This document shows, piece after piece, positions 38,607-64,000 of a DNA stretch of 64,000 nt (position 1 is its first letter; each line of letters opens with the position of its first letter). The notes under the pieces were generated by a model that saw only the letters and a list, made by a program, of their open reading frames with translations, was not told where the DNA came from and did not search any database. The translations under genes were made by a program, and so were the position numbers. The stretch lies in assembly GCF_009914755.1 (NCBI RefSeq), contig NC_060934.1, one strand, 5' to 3'. The stretch is from the human T2T-CHM13v2.0 reference genome, Homo sapiens.

Positions 38607-39720
38607 GACGCGGGGTTGGGACGGGGTCGGGTGGTTCGGGGCAGGGCGGTGGCCTCTCTTTCGCGGGGAACGCCTGGCTGGCTACGGAGGGGCGTGTCTC
38701 CGCCCCGCCCCCTCCACCGGGCTGACCGGCCTGGGATTCCTGCCTTCTAGGCCTAGGCCCGGTGAGAGACTCCACACAGCGGAGAACTGCCATTCTTTCC
38801 TGGGCATCCCGGGGATCCCAGAGCCGGCCCAGGTACCAGCAGGTGGGCCGCCTACTGCGCACGCGCGGGTTTGCGGGCAGCCGCCTGGGCTGTGGGAGCA
38901 GCCCGGGCAGAGCTCTCCTGCCTCTCCACCAGCCCACCCCGCCGCCTGACCGCCCCCTCCCCACCCCCACCCCCCGCCCCCGGAAAACGCGTCGTCCCCT
39001 GGGCTGGGTGGAGACCCCCGTCCCGCGAAACACCGGGCCCCGCGCAGCGTCCGGGCCTGACACCGCTCCGGCGGCTCGCCTCCTCTGCGCCCCCGCGCCA
39101 CCGTCGCCCGCCCGCCCGGGCCCCTGCAGCCGCCCAGGTGCCAGCACGGAGCGCCTGGCGGCGGAACGCAGACCCCAGGCCCGGCGCACACCGGGGACGC
39201 TGAGCGTTCCAGGCGGGAGGGAAGGCGGGCAGAGATGGAGAGAGGAACGGGAGACCTAGAGGGGCGGAAGGATGGGCGGAGGGACGTTAGGAGGGAGGGA
39301 GGGAGGCAGGGAGGCAGGGAGGCAGGGAGGAACGGAGGGAAAGACAGAGCGACGCAGGGACTGGGGGCGGGCGGGAGGGAGCCGGGGACGGGGGGAGGAA
39401 GGCAGGGAGGAAAAGCGGTCTTCGGCCTCCGGGAGTAGCGGGACCCCCGCCCTCCGGGAAAACGGTCAGCGTCCGGCGCGGGCTGAGGGCTGGGCCCACA
39501 GCCGCCGCGCCGGCCGGCGGGGCACCACCCATTCGCCCCGGTTCCGGGGCCCAGGGAGTGGGCGGTTTCCTCCGGGACAAAAGACCGGGACTCGGGTTGC
39601 CGTCGGGTTTTCACCCGCGCGGTTCACAGACCGCACATCCCCAGGCTGAGCCCTGCAACGCGGCGCGAGGCCGACAGCCCCGGCCACGGAGGAGCCACAC
39701 GCAGGACGACGGAGGCGTGA

Positions 39721-41916
<2,196 letters not shown>

Positions 41917-43030
41917 GACGCGGGGTTGGGACGGGGTCGGGTGGTTCGGGGCAGGGCGGTGGCCTCTCTTTCGCGGGGAACGCCTGGCTGGCTACGGAGG
42001 GGCGTGTCTCCGCCCCGCCCCCTCCACCGGGCTGACCGGCCTGGGATTCCTGCCTTCTAGGCCTAGGCCCGGTGAGAGACTCCACACAGCGGAGAACTGC
42101 CATTCTTTCCTGGGCATCCCGGGGATCCCAGAGCCGGCCCAGGTACCAGCAGGTGGGCCGCCTACTGCGCACGCGCGGGTTTGCGGGCAGCCGCCTGGGC
42201 TGTGGGAGCAGCCCGGGCAGAGCTCTCCTGCCTCTCCACCAGCCCACCCCGCCGCCTGACCGCCCCCTCCCCACCCCCACCCCCCGCCCCCGGAAAACGC
42301 GTCGTCCCCTGGGCTGGGTGGAGACCCCCGTCCCGCGAAACACCGGGCCCCGCGCAGCGTCCGGGCCTGACACCGCTCCGGCGGCTCGCCTCCTCTGCGC
42401 CCCCGCGCCACCGTCGCCCACCCGCCCGGGCCCCTGCAGCCGCCCAGGTGCCAGCACGGAGCGCCTGGCGGCGGAACGCAGACCCCAGGCCCGGCGCACA
42501 CCGGGGACGCTGAGCGTTCCAGGCGGGAGGGAAGGCGGGCAGAGATGGAGAGAGGAACGGGAGACCTAGAGGGGCGGAAGGATGGGCGGAGGGACGTTAG
42601 GAGGGAGGGAGGGAGGCAGGGAGGCAGGGAGGCAGGGAGGAACGGAGGGAAAGACAGAGCGACGCAGGGACTGGGGGCGGGCGGGAGGGAGCCGGGGACG
42701 GGGGGAGGAAGGCAGGGAGGAAAAGCGGTCTTCGGCCTCCGGGAGTAGCGGGACCCCCGCCCTCCGGGAAAACGGTCAGCGTCCGGCGCGGGCTGAGGGC
42801 TGGGCCCACAGCCGCCGCGCCGGCCGGCGGGGCACCACCCATTCGCCCCGGTTCCGGGGCCCAGGGAGTGGGCGGTTTCCTCCGGGACAAAAGACCGGGA
42901 CTCGGGTTGCCGTCGGGTTTTCACCCGCGCGGTTCACAGACCGCACATCCCCAGGCTGAGCCCTGCAACGCGGCGCGAGGCCGACAGCCCCGGCCACGGA
43001 GGAGCCACACGCAGGACGACGGAGGCGTGA

Positions 43031-45226
<2,196 letters not shown>

Positions 45227-46340
45227 GACGCGGGGTTGGGACGGGGTCGGGTGGTTCGGGGCAGGGCGGTGGCCTCTCTTTCGCGGGGAACGCCTGGCTG
45301 GCTACGGAGGGGCGTGTCTCCGCCCCGCCCCCTCCACCGGGCTGACCGGCCTGGGATTCCTGCCTTCTAGGCCTAGGCCCGGTGAGAGACTCCACACAGC
45401 GGAGAACTGCCATTCTTTCCTGGGCATCCCGGGGATCCCAGAGCCGGCCCAGGTACCAGCAGGTGGGCCGCCTACTGCGCACGCGCGGGTTTGCGGGCAG
45501 CCGCCTGGGCTGTGGGAGCAGCCCGGGCAGAGCTCTCCTGCCTCTCCACCAGCCCACCCCACCGCCTGACCGCCCCCTCCCCACCCCCACCCCCCGCCCC
45601 CGGAAAACGCGTCGTCCCCTGGGCTGGGTGGAGACCCCCGTCCCGCGAAACACCGGGCCCCGCGCAGCGTCCGGGCCTGACACCGCTCCGGCGGCTCGCC
45701 TCCTCTGCGCCCCCGCGCCACCGTGGCCCGCCCGCCCGGGCCCCTGCAGCCGCCCAGGTGCCAGCACGGAGCGCCTGGAGGCGGAACGCAGACCCCAGGC
45801 CCGGCGCACACCGGGGACGCTGAGCGTTCCAGGCGGGAGGCAAGGCGGGCAGAGATGGAGAGAGGAACGGGAGACCTAGAGGGGCGGAAGGATGGGCGGA
45901 GGGACGTTAGGAGGGAGGGAGGGAGGCAGGGAGGCAGGGAGGCAGGGAGGAACGGAGGGAAAGACAGAGCGACGCAGGGACTGGGGGCGGGCGGGAGGGA
46001 GCCGGGGACGGGGGGAGGAAGGCAGGGAGGAAAAGCGGTCTTCGGCCTCCGGGAGTAGCGGGACCCCCGCCCTCCGGGAAAACGGTCAGCGTCCGGCGCG
46101 GGCTGAGGGCTGGGCCCACAGCCGCCGCGCCGGCCGGCGGGGCACCACCCATTCGCCCCGGTTCCGGGGCCCAGGGAGTGGGCGGTTTCCTCCGGGACAA
46201 AAGACCGGGACTCGGGTTGCCGTCGGGTTTTCACCCGCGCGGTTCACAGACCGCACATCCCCAGGCTGAGCCCTGCAACGCGGCGCGAGGCCGACAGCCC
46301 CGGCCACGGAGGAGCCACACGCAGGACGACGGAGGCGTGA

Positions 46341-48536
<2,196 letters not shown>

Positions 48537-49650
48537 GACGCGGGGTTGGGACGGGGTCGGGTGGTTCGGGGCAGGGCGGTGGCCTCTCTTTCGCGGGGAA
48601 CGCCTGGCTGGCTACGGAGGGGCGTGTCTCCGCCCCGCCCCCTCCACCGGGCTGACCGGCCTGGGATTCCTGCCTTCTAGGCCTAGGCCCGGTGAGAGAC
48701 TCCACACAGCGGAGAACTGCCATTCTTTCCTGGGCATCCCGGGGATCCCAGAGCCGGCCCAGGTACCAGCAGGTGGGCCGCCTACTGCGCACGCGCGGGT
48801 TTGCGGGCAGCCGCCTGGGCTGTGGGAGCAGCCCGGGCAGAGCTCTCCTGCCTCTCCACCAGCCCACCCCACCGCCTGACCGCCCCCTCCCCACCCCCAC
48901 CCCCCGCCCCCGGAAAACGCGTCGTCCCCTGGGCTGGGTGGAGACCCCCGTCCCGCGAAACACCGGGCCCCGCGCAGCGTCCGGGCCTGACACCGCTCCG
49001 GCGGCTCGCCTCCTCTGCGCCCCCGCGCCACCGTGGCCCGCCCGCCCGGGCCCCTGCAGCCGCCCAGGTGCCAGCACGGAGCGCCTGGAGGCGGAACGCA
49101 GACCCCAGGCCCGGCGCACACCGGGGACGCTGAGCGTTCCAGGCGGGAGGGAAGGCGGGCAGAGATGGAGAGAGGAACGGGAGACCTAGAGGGGCGGAAG
49201 GATGGGCGGAGGGACGTTAGGAGGGAGGGAGGGAGGCAGGGAGGCAGGGAGGCAGGGAGGAACGGAGGGAAAGACAGAGCGACGCAGGGACTGGGGGCGG
49301 GCGGGAGGGAGCCGGGGACGGGGGGAGGAAGGCAGGGAGGAAAAGCGGTCTTCGGCCTCCGGGAGTAGCGGGACCCCCGCCCTCCGGGAAAACGGTCAGC
49401 GTCCGGCGCGGGCTGAGGGCTGGGCCCACAGCCGCCGCGCCGGCCGGCGGGGCACCACCCATTCGCCCCGGTTCCGGGGCCCAGGGAGTGGGCGGTTTCC
49501 TCCGGGACAAAAGACCGGGACTCGGGTTGCCGTCGGGTTTTCACCCGCGCGGTTCACAGACCGCACATCCCCAGGCTGAGCCCTGCAACGCGGCGCGAGG
49601 CCGACAGCCCCGGCCACGGAGGAGCCACACGCAGGACGACGGAGGCGTGA

Positions 49651-51846
<2,196 letters not shown>

Positions 51847-52960
51847 GACGCGGGGTTGGGACGGGGTCGGGTGGTTCGGGGCAGGGCGGTGGCCTCTCTT
51901 TCGCGGGGAACGCCTGGCTGGCTACGGAGGGGCGTGTCTCCGCCCCGCCCCCTCCACCGGGCTGACCGGCCTGGGATTCCTGCCTTCTAGGCCTAGGCCC
52001 GGTGAGAGACTCCACACAGCGGAGAACTGCCATTCTTTCCTGGGCATCCCGGGGATCCCAGAGCCGGCCCAGGTACCAGCAGGTGGGCCGCCTACTGCGC
52101 ACGCGCGGGTTTGCGGGCAGCCGCCTGGGCTGTGGGAGCAGCCCGGGCAGAGCTCTCCTGCCTCTCCACCAGCCCACCCCGCCGCCTGACCGCCCCCTCC
52201 CCACCCCCACCCCCCGCCCCCGGAAAACGCGTCGTCCCCTGGGCTGGGTGGAGACCCCCGTCCCGCGAAACACCGGGCCCCGCGCAGCGTCCGGGCCTGA
52301 CACCGCTCCGGCGGCTCGCCTCCTCTGCGCCCCCGCGCCACCGTCGCCCGCCCGCCCGGGCCCCTGCAGCCGCCCAGGTGCCAGCACGGAGCGCCTGGCG
52401 GCGGAACGCAGACCCCAGGCCCGGCGCACACCGGGGACGCTGAGCGTTCCAGGCGGGAGGGAAGGCGGGCAGAGATGGAGAGAGGAACGGGAGACCTAGA
52501 GGGGCGGAAGGATGGGCGGAGGGACGTTAGGAGGGAGGGAGGGAGGCAGGGAGGCAGGGAGGCAGGGAGGAACGGAGGGAAAGACAGAGCGACGCAGGGA
52601 CTGGGGGCGGGCGGGAGGGAGCCGGGGACGGGGGGAGGAAGGCAGGGAGGAAAAGCGGTCTTCGGCCTCCGGGAGTAGCGGGACCCCCGCCCTCCGGGAA
52701 AACGGTCAGCGTCCGGCGCGGGCTGAGGGCTGGGCCCACAGCCGCCGCGCCGGCCGGCGGGACACCACCCATTCGCCCCGGTTCCGGGGCCCAGGGAGTG
52801 GGCGGTTTCCTCCGGGACAAAAGACCGGGACTCGGGTTGCCGTCGGGTTTTCACCCGCGCGGTTCACAGACCGCACATCCCCAGGCTGAGCCCTGCAACG
52901 CGGCGCGAGGCCGACAGCCCCGGCCACGGAGGAGCCACACGCAGGACGACGGAGGCGTGA

Positions 52961-55156
<2,196 letters not shown>

Positions 55157-56270
55157 GACGCGGGGTTGGGACGGGGTCGGGTGGTTCGGGGCAGGGCGGT
55201 GGCCTCTCTTTCGCGGGGAACGCCTGGCTGGCTACGGAGGGGCGTGTCTCCGCCCCGCCCCCTCCACCGGGCTGACCGGCCTGGGATTCCTGCCTTCTAG
55301 GCCTAGGCCCGGTGAGAGACTCCACACAGCGGAGAACTGCCATTCTTTCCTGGGCATCCCGGGGATCCCAGAGCCGGCCCAGGTACCAGCAGGTGGGCCG
55401 CCTACTGCGCACGCGCGGGTTTGCGGGCAGCCGCCTGGGCTGTGGGAGCAGCCCGGGCAGAGCTCTCCTGCCTCTCCACCAGCCCACCCCGCCGCCTGAC
55501 CGCCCCCTCCCCACCCCCACCCCCCGCCCCCGGAAAACGCGTCGTCCCCTGGGCTGGGTGGAGACCCCCGTCCCGCGAAACACCGGGCCCCGCGCAGCGT
55601 CCGGGCCTGACACCGCTCCGGCGGCTCGCCTCCTCTGCGCCCCCGCGCCACCGTGGCCCGCCCGCCCGGGCCCCTGCAGCCGCCCAGGTGCCAGCACGGA
55701 GCGCCTGGCGGCGGAACGCAGACCCCAGGCCCGGCGCACACCGGGGACGCTGAGCGTTCCAGGCGGGAGGGAAGGCGGGCAGAGATGGAGAGAGGAACGG
55801 GAGACCTAGAGGGGCGGAAGGATGGGCGGAGGGACGTTAGGAGGGAGGGAGGGAGGCAGGGAGGCAGGGAGGCAGGGAGGAACGGAGGGAAAGACAGAGC
55901 GACGCAGGGACTGGGGGCGGGCGGGAGGGAGCCGGGGACGGGGGGAGGAAGGCAGGGAGGAAAAGCGGTCTTCGGCCTCCGGGAGTAGCGGGACCCCCGC
56001 CCTCCGGGAAAACGGTCAGCGTCCGGCGCGGGCTGAGGGCTGGGCCCACAGCCGCCGCGCCGGCCGGCGGGACACCACCCATTCGCCCCGGTTCCGGGGC
56101 CCAGGGAGTGGGCGGTTTCCTCCGGGACAAAAGACCGGGACTCGGGTTGCCGTCGGGTTTTCACCCGCGCGGTTCACAGACCGCACATCCCCAGGCTGAG
56201 CCCTGCAACGCGGCGCGAGGCCGACAGCCCCGGCCACGGAGGAGCCACACGCAGGACGACGGAGGCGTGA

Positions 56271-58466
<2,196 letters not shown>

Positions 58467-59580
58467 GACGCGGGGTTGGGACGGGGTCGGGTGGTTCGGG
58501 GCAGGGCGGTGGCCTCTCTTTCGCGGGGAACGCCTGGCTGGCTACGGAGGGGCGTGTCTCCGCCCCGCCCCCTCCACCGGGCTGACCGGCCTGGGATTCC
58601 TGCCTTCTAGGCCTAGGCCCGGTGAGAGACTCCACACAGCGGAGAACTGCCATTCTTTCCTGGGCATCCCGGGGATCCCAGAGCCGGCCCAGGTACCAGC
58701 AGGTGGGCCGCCTACTGCGCACGCGCGGGTTTGCGGGCAGCCGCCTGGGCTGTGGGAGCAGCCCGGGCAGAGCTCTCCTGCCTCTCCACCAGCCCACCCC
58801 GCCGCCTGACCGCCCCCTCCCCACCCCCACCCCCCGCCCCCGGAAAACGCGTCGTCCCCTGGGCTGGGTGGAGACCCCCGTCCCGCGAAACACCGGGCCC
58901 CGCGCAGCGTCCGGGCCTGACACCGCTCCGGCGGCTCGCCTCCTCTGCGCCCCCGCGCCACCGTGGCCCGCCCGCCCGGGCCCCTGCAGCCGCCCAGGTG
59001 CCAGCACGGAGCGCCTGGAGGCGGAACGCAGACCCCAGGCCCGGCGCACACCGGGGACGCTGAGCGTTCCAGGCGGGAGGGAAGGCGGGCAGAGATGGAG
59101 AGAGGAACGGGAGACCTAGAGGGGCGGAAGGATGGGCGGAGGGACGTTAGGAGGGAGGGAGGGAGGCAGGGAGGCAGGGAGGCAGGGAGGAACGGAGGGA
59201 AAGACAGAGCGACGCAGGGACTGGGGGCGGGCGGGAGGGAGCCGGGGACGGGGGGAGGAAGGCAGGGAGGAAAAGCGGTCTTCGGCCTCCGGGAGTAGCG
59301 GGACCCCCGCCCTCCGGGAAAACGGTCAGCGTCCGGCGCGGGCTGAGGGCTGGGCCCACAGCCGCCGCGCCGGCCGGCGGGGCACCACCCATTCGCCCCG
59401 GTTCCGGGGCCCAGGGAGTGGGCGGTTTCCTCCGGGACAAAAGACCGGGACTCGGGTTGCCGTCGGGTTTTCACCCGCGCGGTTCACAGACCGCACATCC
59501 CCAGGCTGAGCCCTGCAACGCGGCGCGAGGCCGACAGCCCCGGCCACGGAGGAGCCACACGCAGGACGACGGAGGCGTGA

Positions 59581-61776
<2,196 letters not shown>

Positions 61777-61784
61777 GACGCGGG

Positions 61785-61920
61785 GTTGGGACGGGGTCGG
61801 GTGGTTCGGGGCAGGGCGGTGGCCTCTCTTTCGCGGGGAACGCCTGGCTGGCTACGGAGGGGCGTGTCTCCGCCCCGCCCCCTCCACCGGGCTGACCGGC
61901 CTGGGATTCCTGCCTTCTAG
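61785..61920 (+). other. DUX4 3'UTR intron 1 (136 bp)
   Basis: gacgcggg|GTTGGG ... ccttctAG|gcctag; matches the DUX4 exon 1/2 structure as I recall it. Confidence 0.8.
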
Positions 61921-62012
61921 GCCTAGGCCCGGTGAGAGACTCCACACAGCGGAGAACTGCCATTCTTTCCTGGGCATCCCGGGGATCCCAGAGCCGGCCC
62001 AGGTACCAGCAG
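61921..62012 (+). other. DUX4 exon 2 (non-coding, spans the KpnI site 62002-62007)
   Basis: Flanked by AG (61919-61920) and GT (62013-62014); ends ...GGTACCAGCAG. Confidence 0.8.
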
Positions 62013-62374
62013 GTGGGCCGCCTACTGCGCACGCGCGGGTTTGCGGGCAGCCGCCTGGGCTGTGGGAGCAGCCCGGGCAGAGCTCTCCTGCCTCTCCACC
62101 AGCCCACCCCGCCGCCTGACCGCCCCCTCCCCACCCCCACCCCCCGCCCCCGGAAAACGCGTCGTCCCCTGGGCTGGGTGGAGACCCCCGTCCCGCGAAA
62201 CACCGGGCCCCGCGCAGCGTCCGGGCCTGACACCGCTCCGGCGGCTCGCCTCCTCTGCGCCCCCGCGCCACCGTCGCCCGCCCGCCCGGGCCCCTGCAGC
62301 CGCCCAGGTGCCAGCACGGAGCGCCTGGCGGTCAAAAGCATACCTCTGTCTGTCTTTGCCCGCTTCCTGGCTAG
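62013..62374 (+). other. DUX4 3'UTR intron 2 (362 bp), crossing the D4Z4/pLAM junction
   Basis: GTGGGC donor; pyrimidine-rich tract ctctgtctgtctttgcccgcttcctggctAG acceptor; exon 3 begins ACCTGCGCGCAG. Confidence 0.8.
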
Positions 62375-62575
62375 ACCTGCGCGCAGTGCGCACCCCGGGT
62401 GACGTGCAAGGGAGCTCGCTGGCCTCTCTGTGCCCTTGTTCGTCCGTGAAATTCTGGCTGAATCTCTCCCCCCACCTTCCGAGGCTGTCTAGGCAAACCT
62501 GGATTAGAGTTACATCTCCTGGATGATTAGTTCAGAGATATATCAAAATTCCCCCTCCCTGTGGATCCTATAGAG
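62332..62575 (+). other. pLAM region containing DUX4 exon 3 (from 62375); marks an A-type (4qA/10qA) distal end
   Basis: Recognisable pLAM sequence ...GGATTAGAGTTACATCTCCTGGATGATTAGTTCAGAGATATAT(C)AAAAT... directly distal to the last partial unit. The 3' boundary is approximate. Confidence 0.9.
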
Positions 62576-64000
62576 GATTTGCATCTTTTGTGTGATCAGT
62601 GCAGAGATATGTCACAATATCCCCTGTAGAAAAAGCCTGAAATTGATTTACATAACTTCGGTGATCAGTGCAGATGTGTTTCAGAACTCCATAGTAGACT
62701 GAACCTAGAGAATGGTTACATCACTTAGGTGATCAGTGTAGAGATATGTTAAAATTCTCGTGTAGACAGAGCCTAGACAATTGTTACATCACCTAGTGAT
62801 CAGTGCAGGGATAAGTCATAAAGCCTCCTGTAGGCAGAGTGTAGGCAAGTGTTCCCTGCCTGGGCTGATCAGTGCAGAGATATCTCACAAAGCCCCTATA
62901 AGCCAAACCTTGACAAGGGTTACATCACCTGTTTGATCAGTGGAAATATATATCACAAAGCCCCCTGTAGACAAAGCCCAGACAATTTTTACATCTCCTG
63001 AGTGAGCATTGGAGAGATCTGTCACAATGCCCCTGTAGGCAGAGCTGAGACAAGTGTTACATCATCTGGGTGATCAGTGCAGAGATATGTCAAAACGCTC
63101 CTGTAGGCTGAACCTAGACAGGAGTTACATCACCTGGGGGATCAGTGCAGAGATACGTGAGAATTCCCTTGTAGGCAGGGCCTAGACAAGTGTTACATCA
63201 CCTAGGTTATCAGTGCAGAGATATGTGAGAATTCCCGTGTAGGCAGAGCCTAGACAAGTGTTACATCACCTAGTTTATCAGTGTAATTATTAGTCATAAA
63301 GCCTCCTGTAGGCAGAGCGTAGACAAGAGTTCCCTCCTCAGGATGATCAGTGCAGAGATGTGTCACAAAGCCCCTGTAGGCAGAGCCTAGACAAGAGTTT
63401 CATCACTTGGTTGATCAGTTCAGAGATGTGTCAGAATGTCCATGTAGGCAGATCTAAGACAAGCGTCCATCACCTGGGTGATCAGTGCAGAGATATGTAC
63501 CAGTGTCCCCTGTAGGCAGTGCCTAGACAAGAGTTGAATCACCTCAGAGATCAGTGCATAGATATGTCACAAAGCCTTCTGTAGGCAAAGCCCATACAAG
63601 GTTTACATCACCTAGGTGATCAGTGCAGTGATATGTCACAAAAATCCCTGTAGACAGAGCCTAGACAAGAGTTACTTCACCTGGGTGATCAGTGCAGATA
63701 TTTGACACAATGCCCCCATAGACAGAGCCTAGGCAAGACTTCCATCACCTGGGTGATCAGTGCAGAGATATGTCACAAATCCCCCTCTAGGCAGAGTATA
63801 GAGAAGAGTCCCATCACCTGGGTGATCAGTGCAGAGATATTTCACAATGCCCCCTGTAGGCAGAGAGTGGACAAGAGTTACATCACCTAGATGATCTGTG
63901 CAGAGCTATGTCAAAACGCCCCTGTAGGCAGAGCCTAGATGAGTGTTACATCACCTGGGTGATCATTGCAGAGATACGTCACAATACCCCCTGTAGGTGG
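62485..64000 (+). repeat. 68-bp beta-satellite (Sau3A/BSR) array, about 22 diverged monomers, continues past the window
   Basis: Recurrent ctgtaggcagagcctagacaagagttacatcacctgggtGATCagtgcagagatatgtcacaatgcccc with ~68-bp spacing (e.g. EcoRI sites 63161 and 63229). Confidence 0.96.
62542..62547 (+). terminator. Non-functional DUX4 poly(A) signal variant ATCAAA (ATTAAA on permissive 4qA)
   Basis: gagatatATCAAAattccccc; the established 10qA signature. Confidence 0.9.

Noticed and set aside
62644-62654. TGATTTACATA as a possible DUX4 autoregulatory binding site
   Set aside because: Only the TGATT half matches the TAAYYYAATCA-type motif; the second half-site is missing.
63702-63890. 62-aa ORF with repeated ITWVISAEI motif
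   Set aside because: A chance reading of beta-satellite monomers; no ATG start and no coding evidence.
62485-64000. CRISPR-like regular repeats
   Set aside because: The entire 68-bp monomer repeats with no unique spacers and there are no cas genes; this is human beta-satellite.

Overview
This window is the distal end of a human D4Z4 macrosatellite array followed by its 'A-type' subtelomeric flank. Positions 1-62331 are head-to-tail, GC-rich ~3310-bp units: 19 KpnI sites, 18 complete KpnI-KpnI units, a 5' partial unit cut by the window edge and a ~330-bp terminal partial unit. The array carries 19 copies of the double-homeobox DUX4 ORF. Fourteen copies encode an intact 422-aa protein. Five (copies 3, 4, 6, 7, 8) are frameshifted by 1-bp indels, mostly in homopolymers, that look like long-read consensus errors. 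Every unit is BlnI+/XapI-, the ORF lacks the 6 bp that give canonical DUX4 424 aa, and the pLAM poly(A) position reads ATCAAA rather than ATTAAA, which together indicate a chromosome 10q26-type (10qA, FSHD-non-permissive) allele. After the array come pLAM/DUX4 exon 3 and about 22 monomers of 68-bp beta-satellite running to the window end. I found no new biological system; this is a well-studied locus. The more interesting details are: pLAM is a decayed copy of the DUX4 5' leader and start region; the poly(A) site lies inside a beta-satellite monomer; unit haplotypes show an XXYY-XXYY higher-order pattern and one recombinant unit; the beta-satellite has a 6-monomer duplication signature; and the BlnI SNP would change the last residue of DUX4-s.
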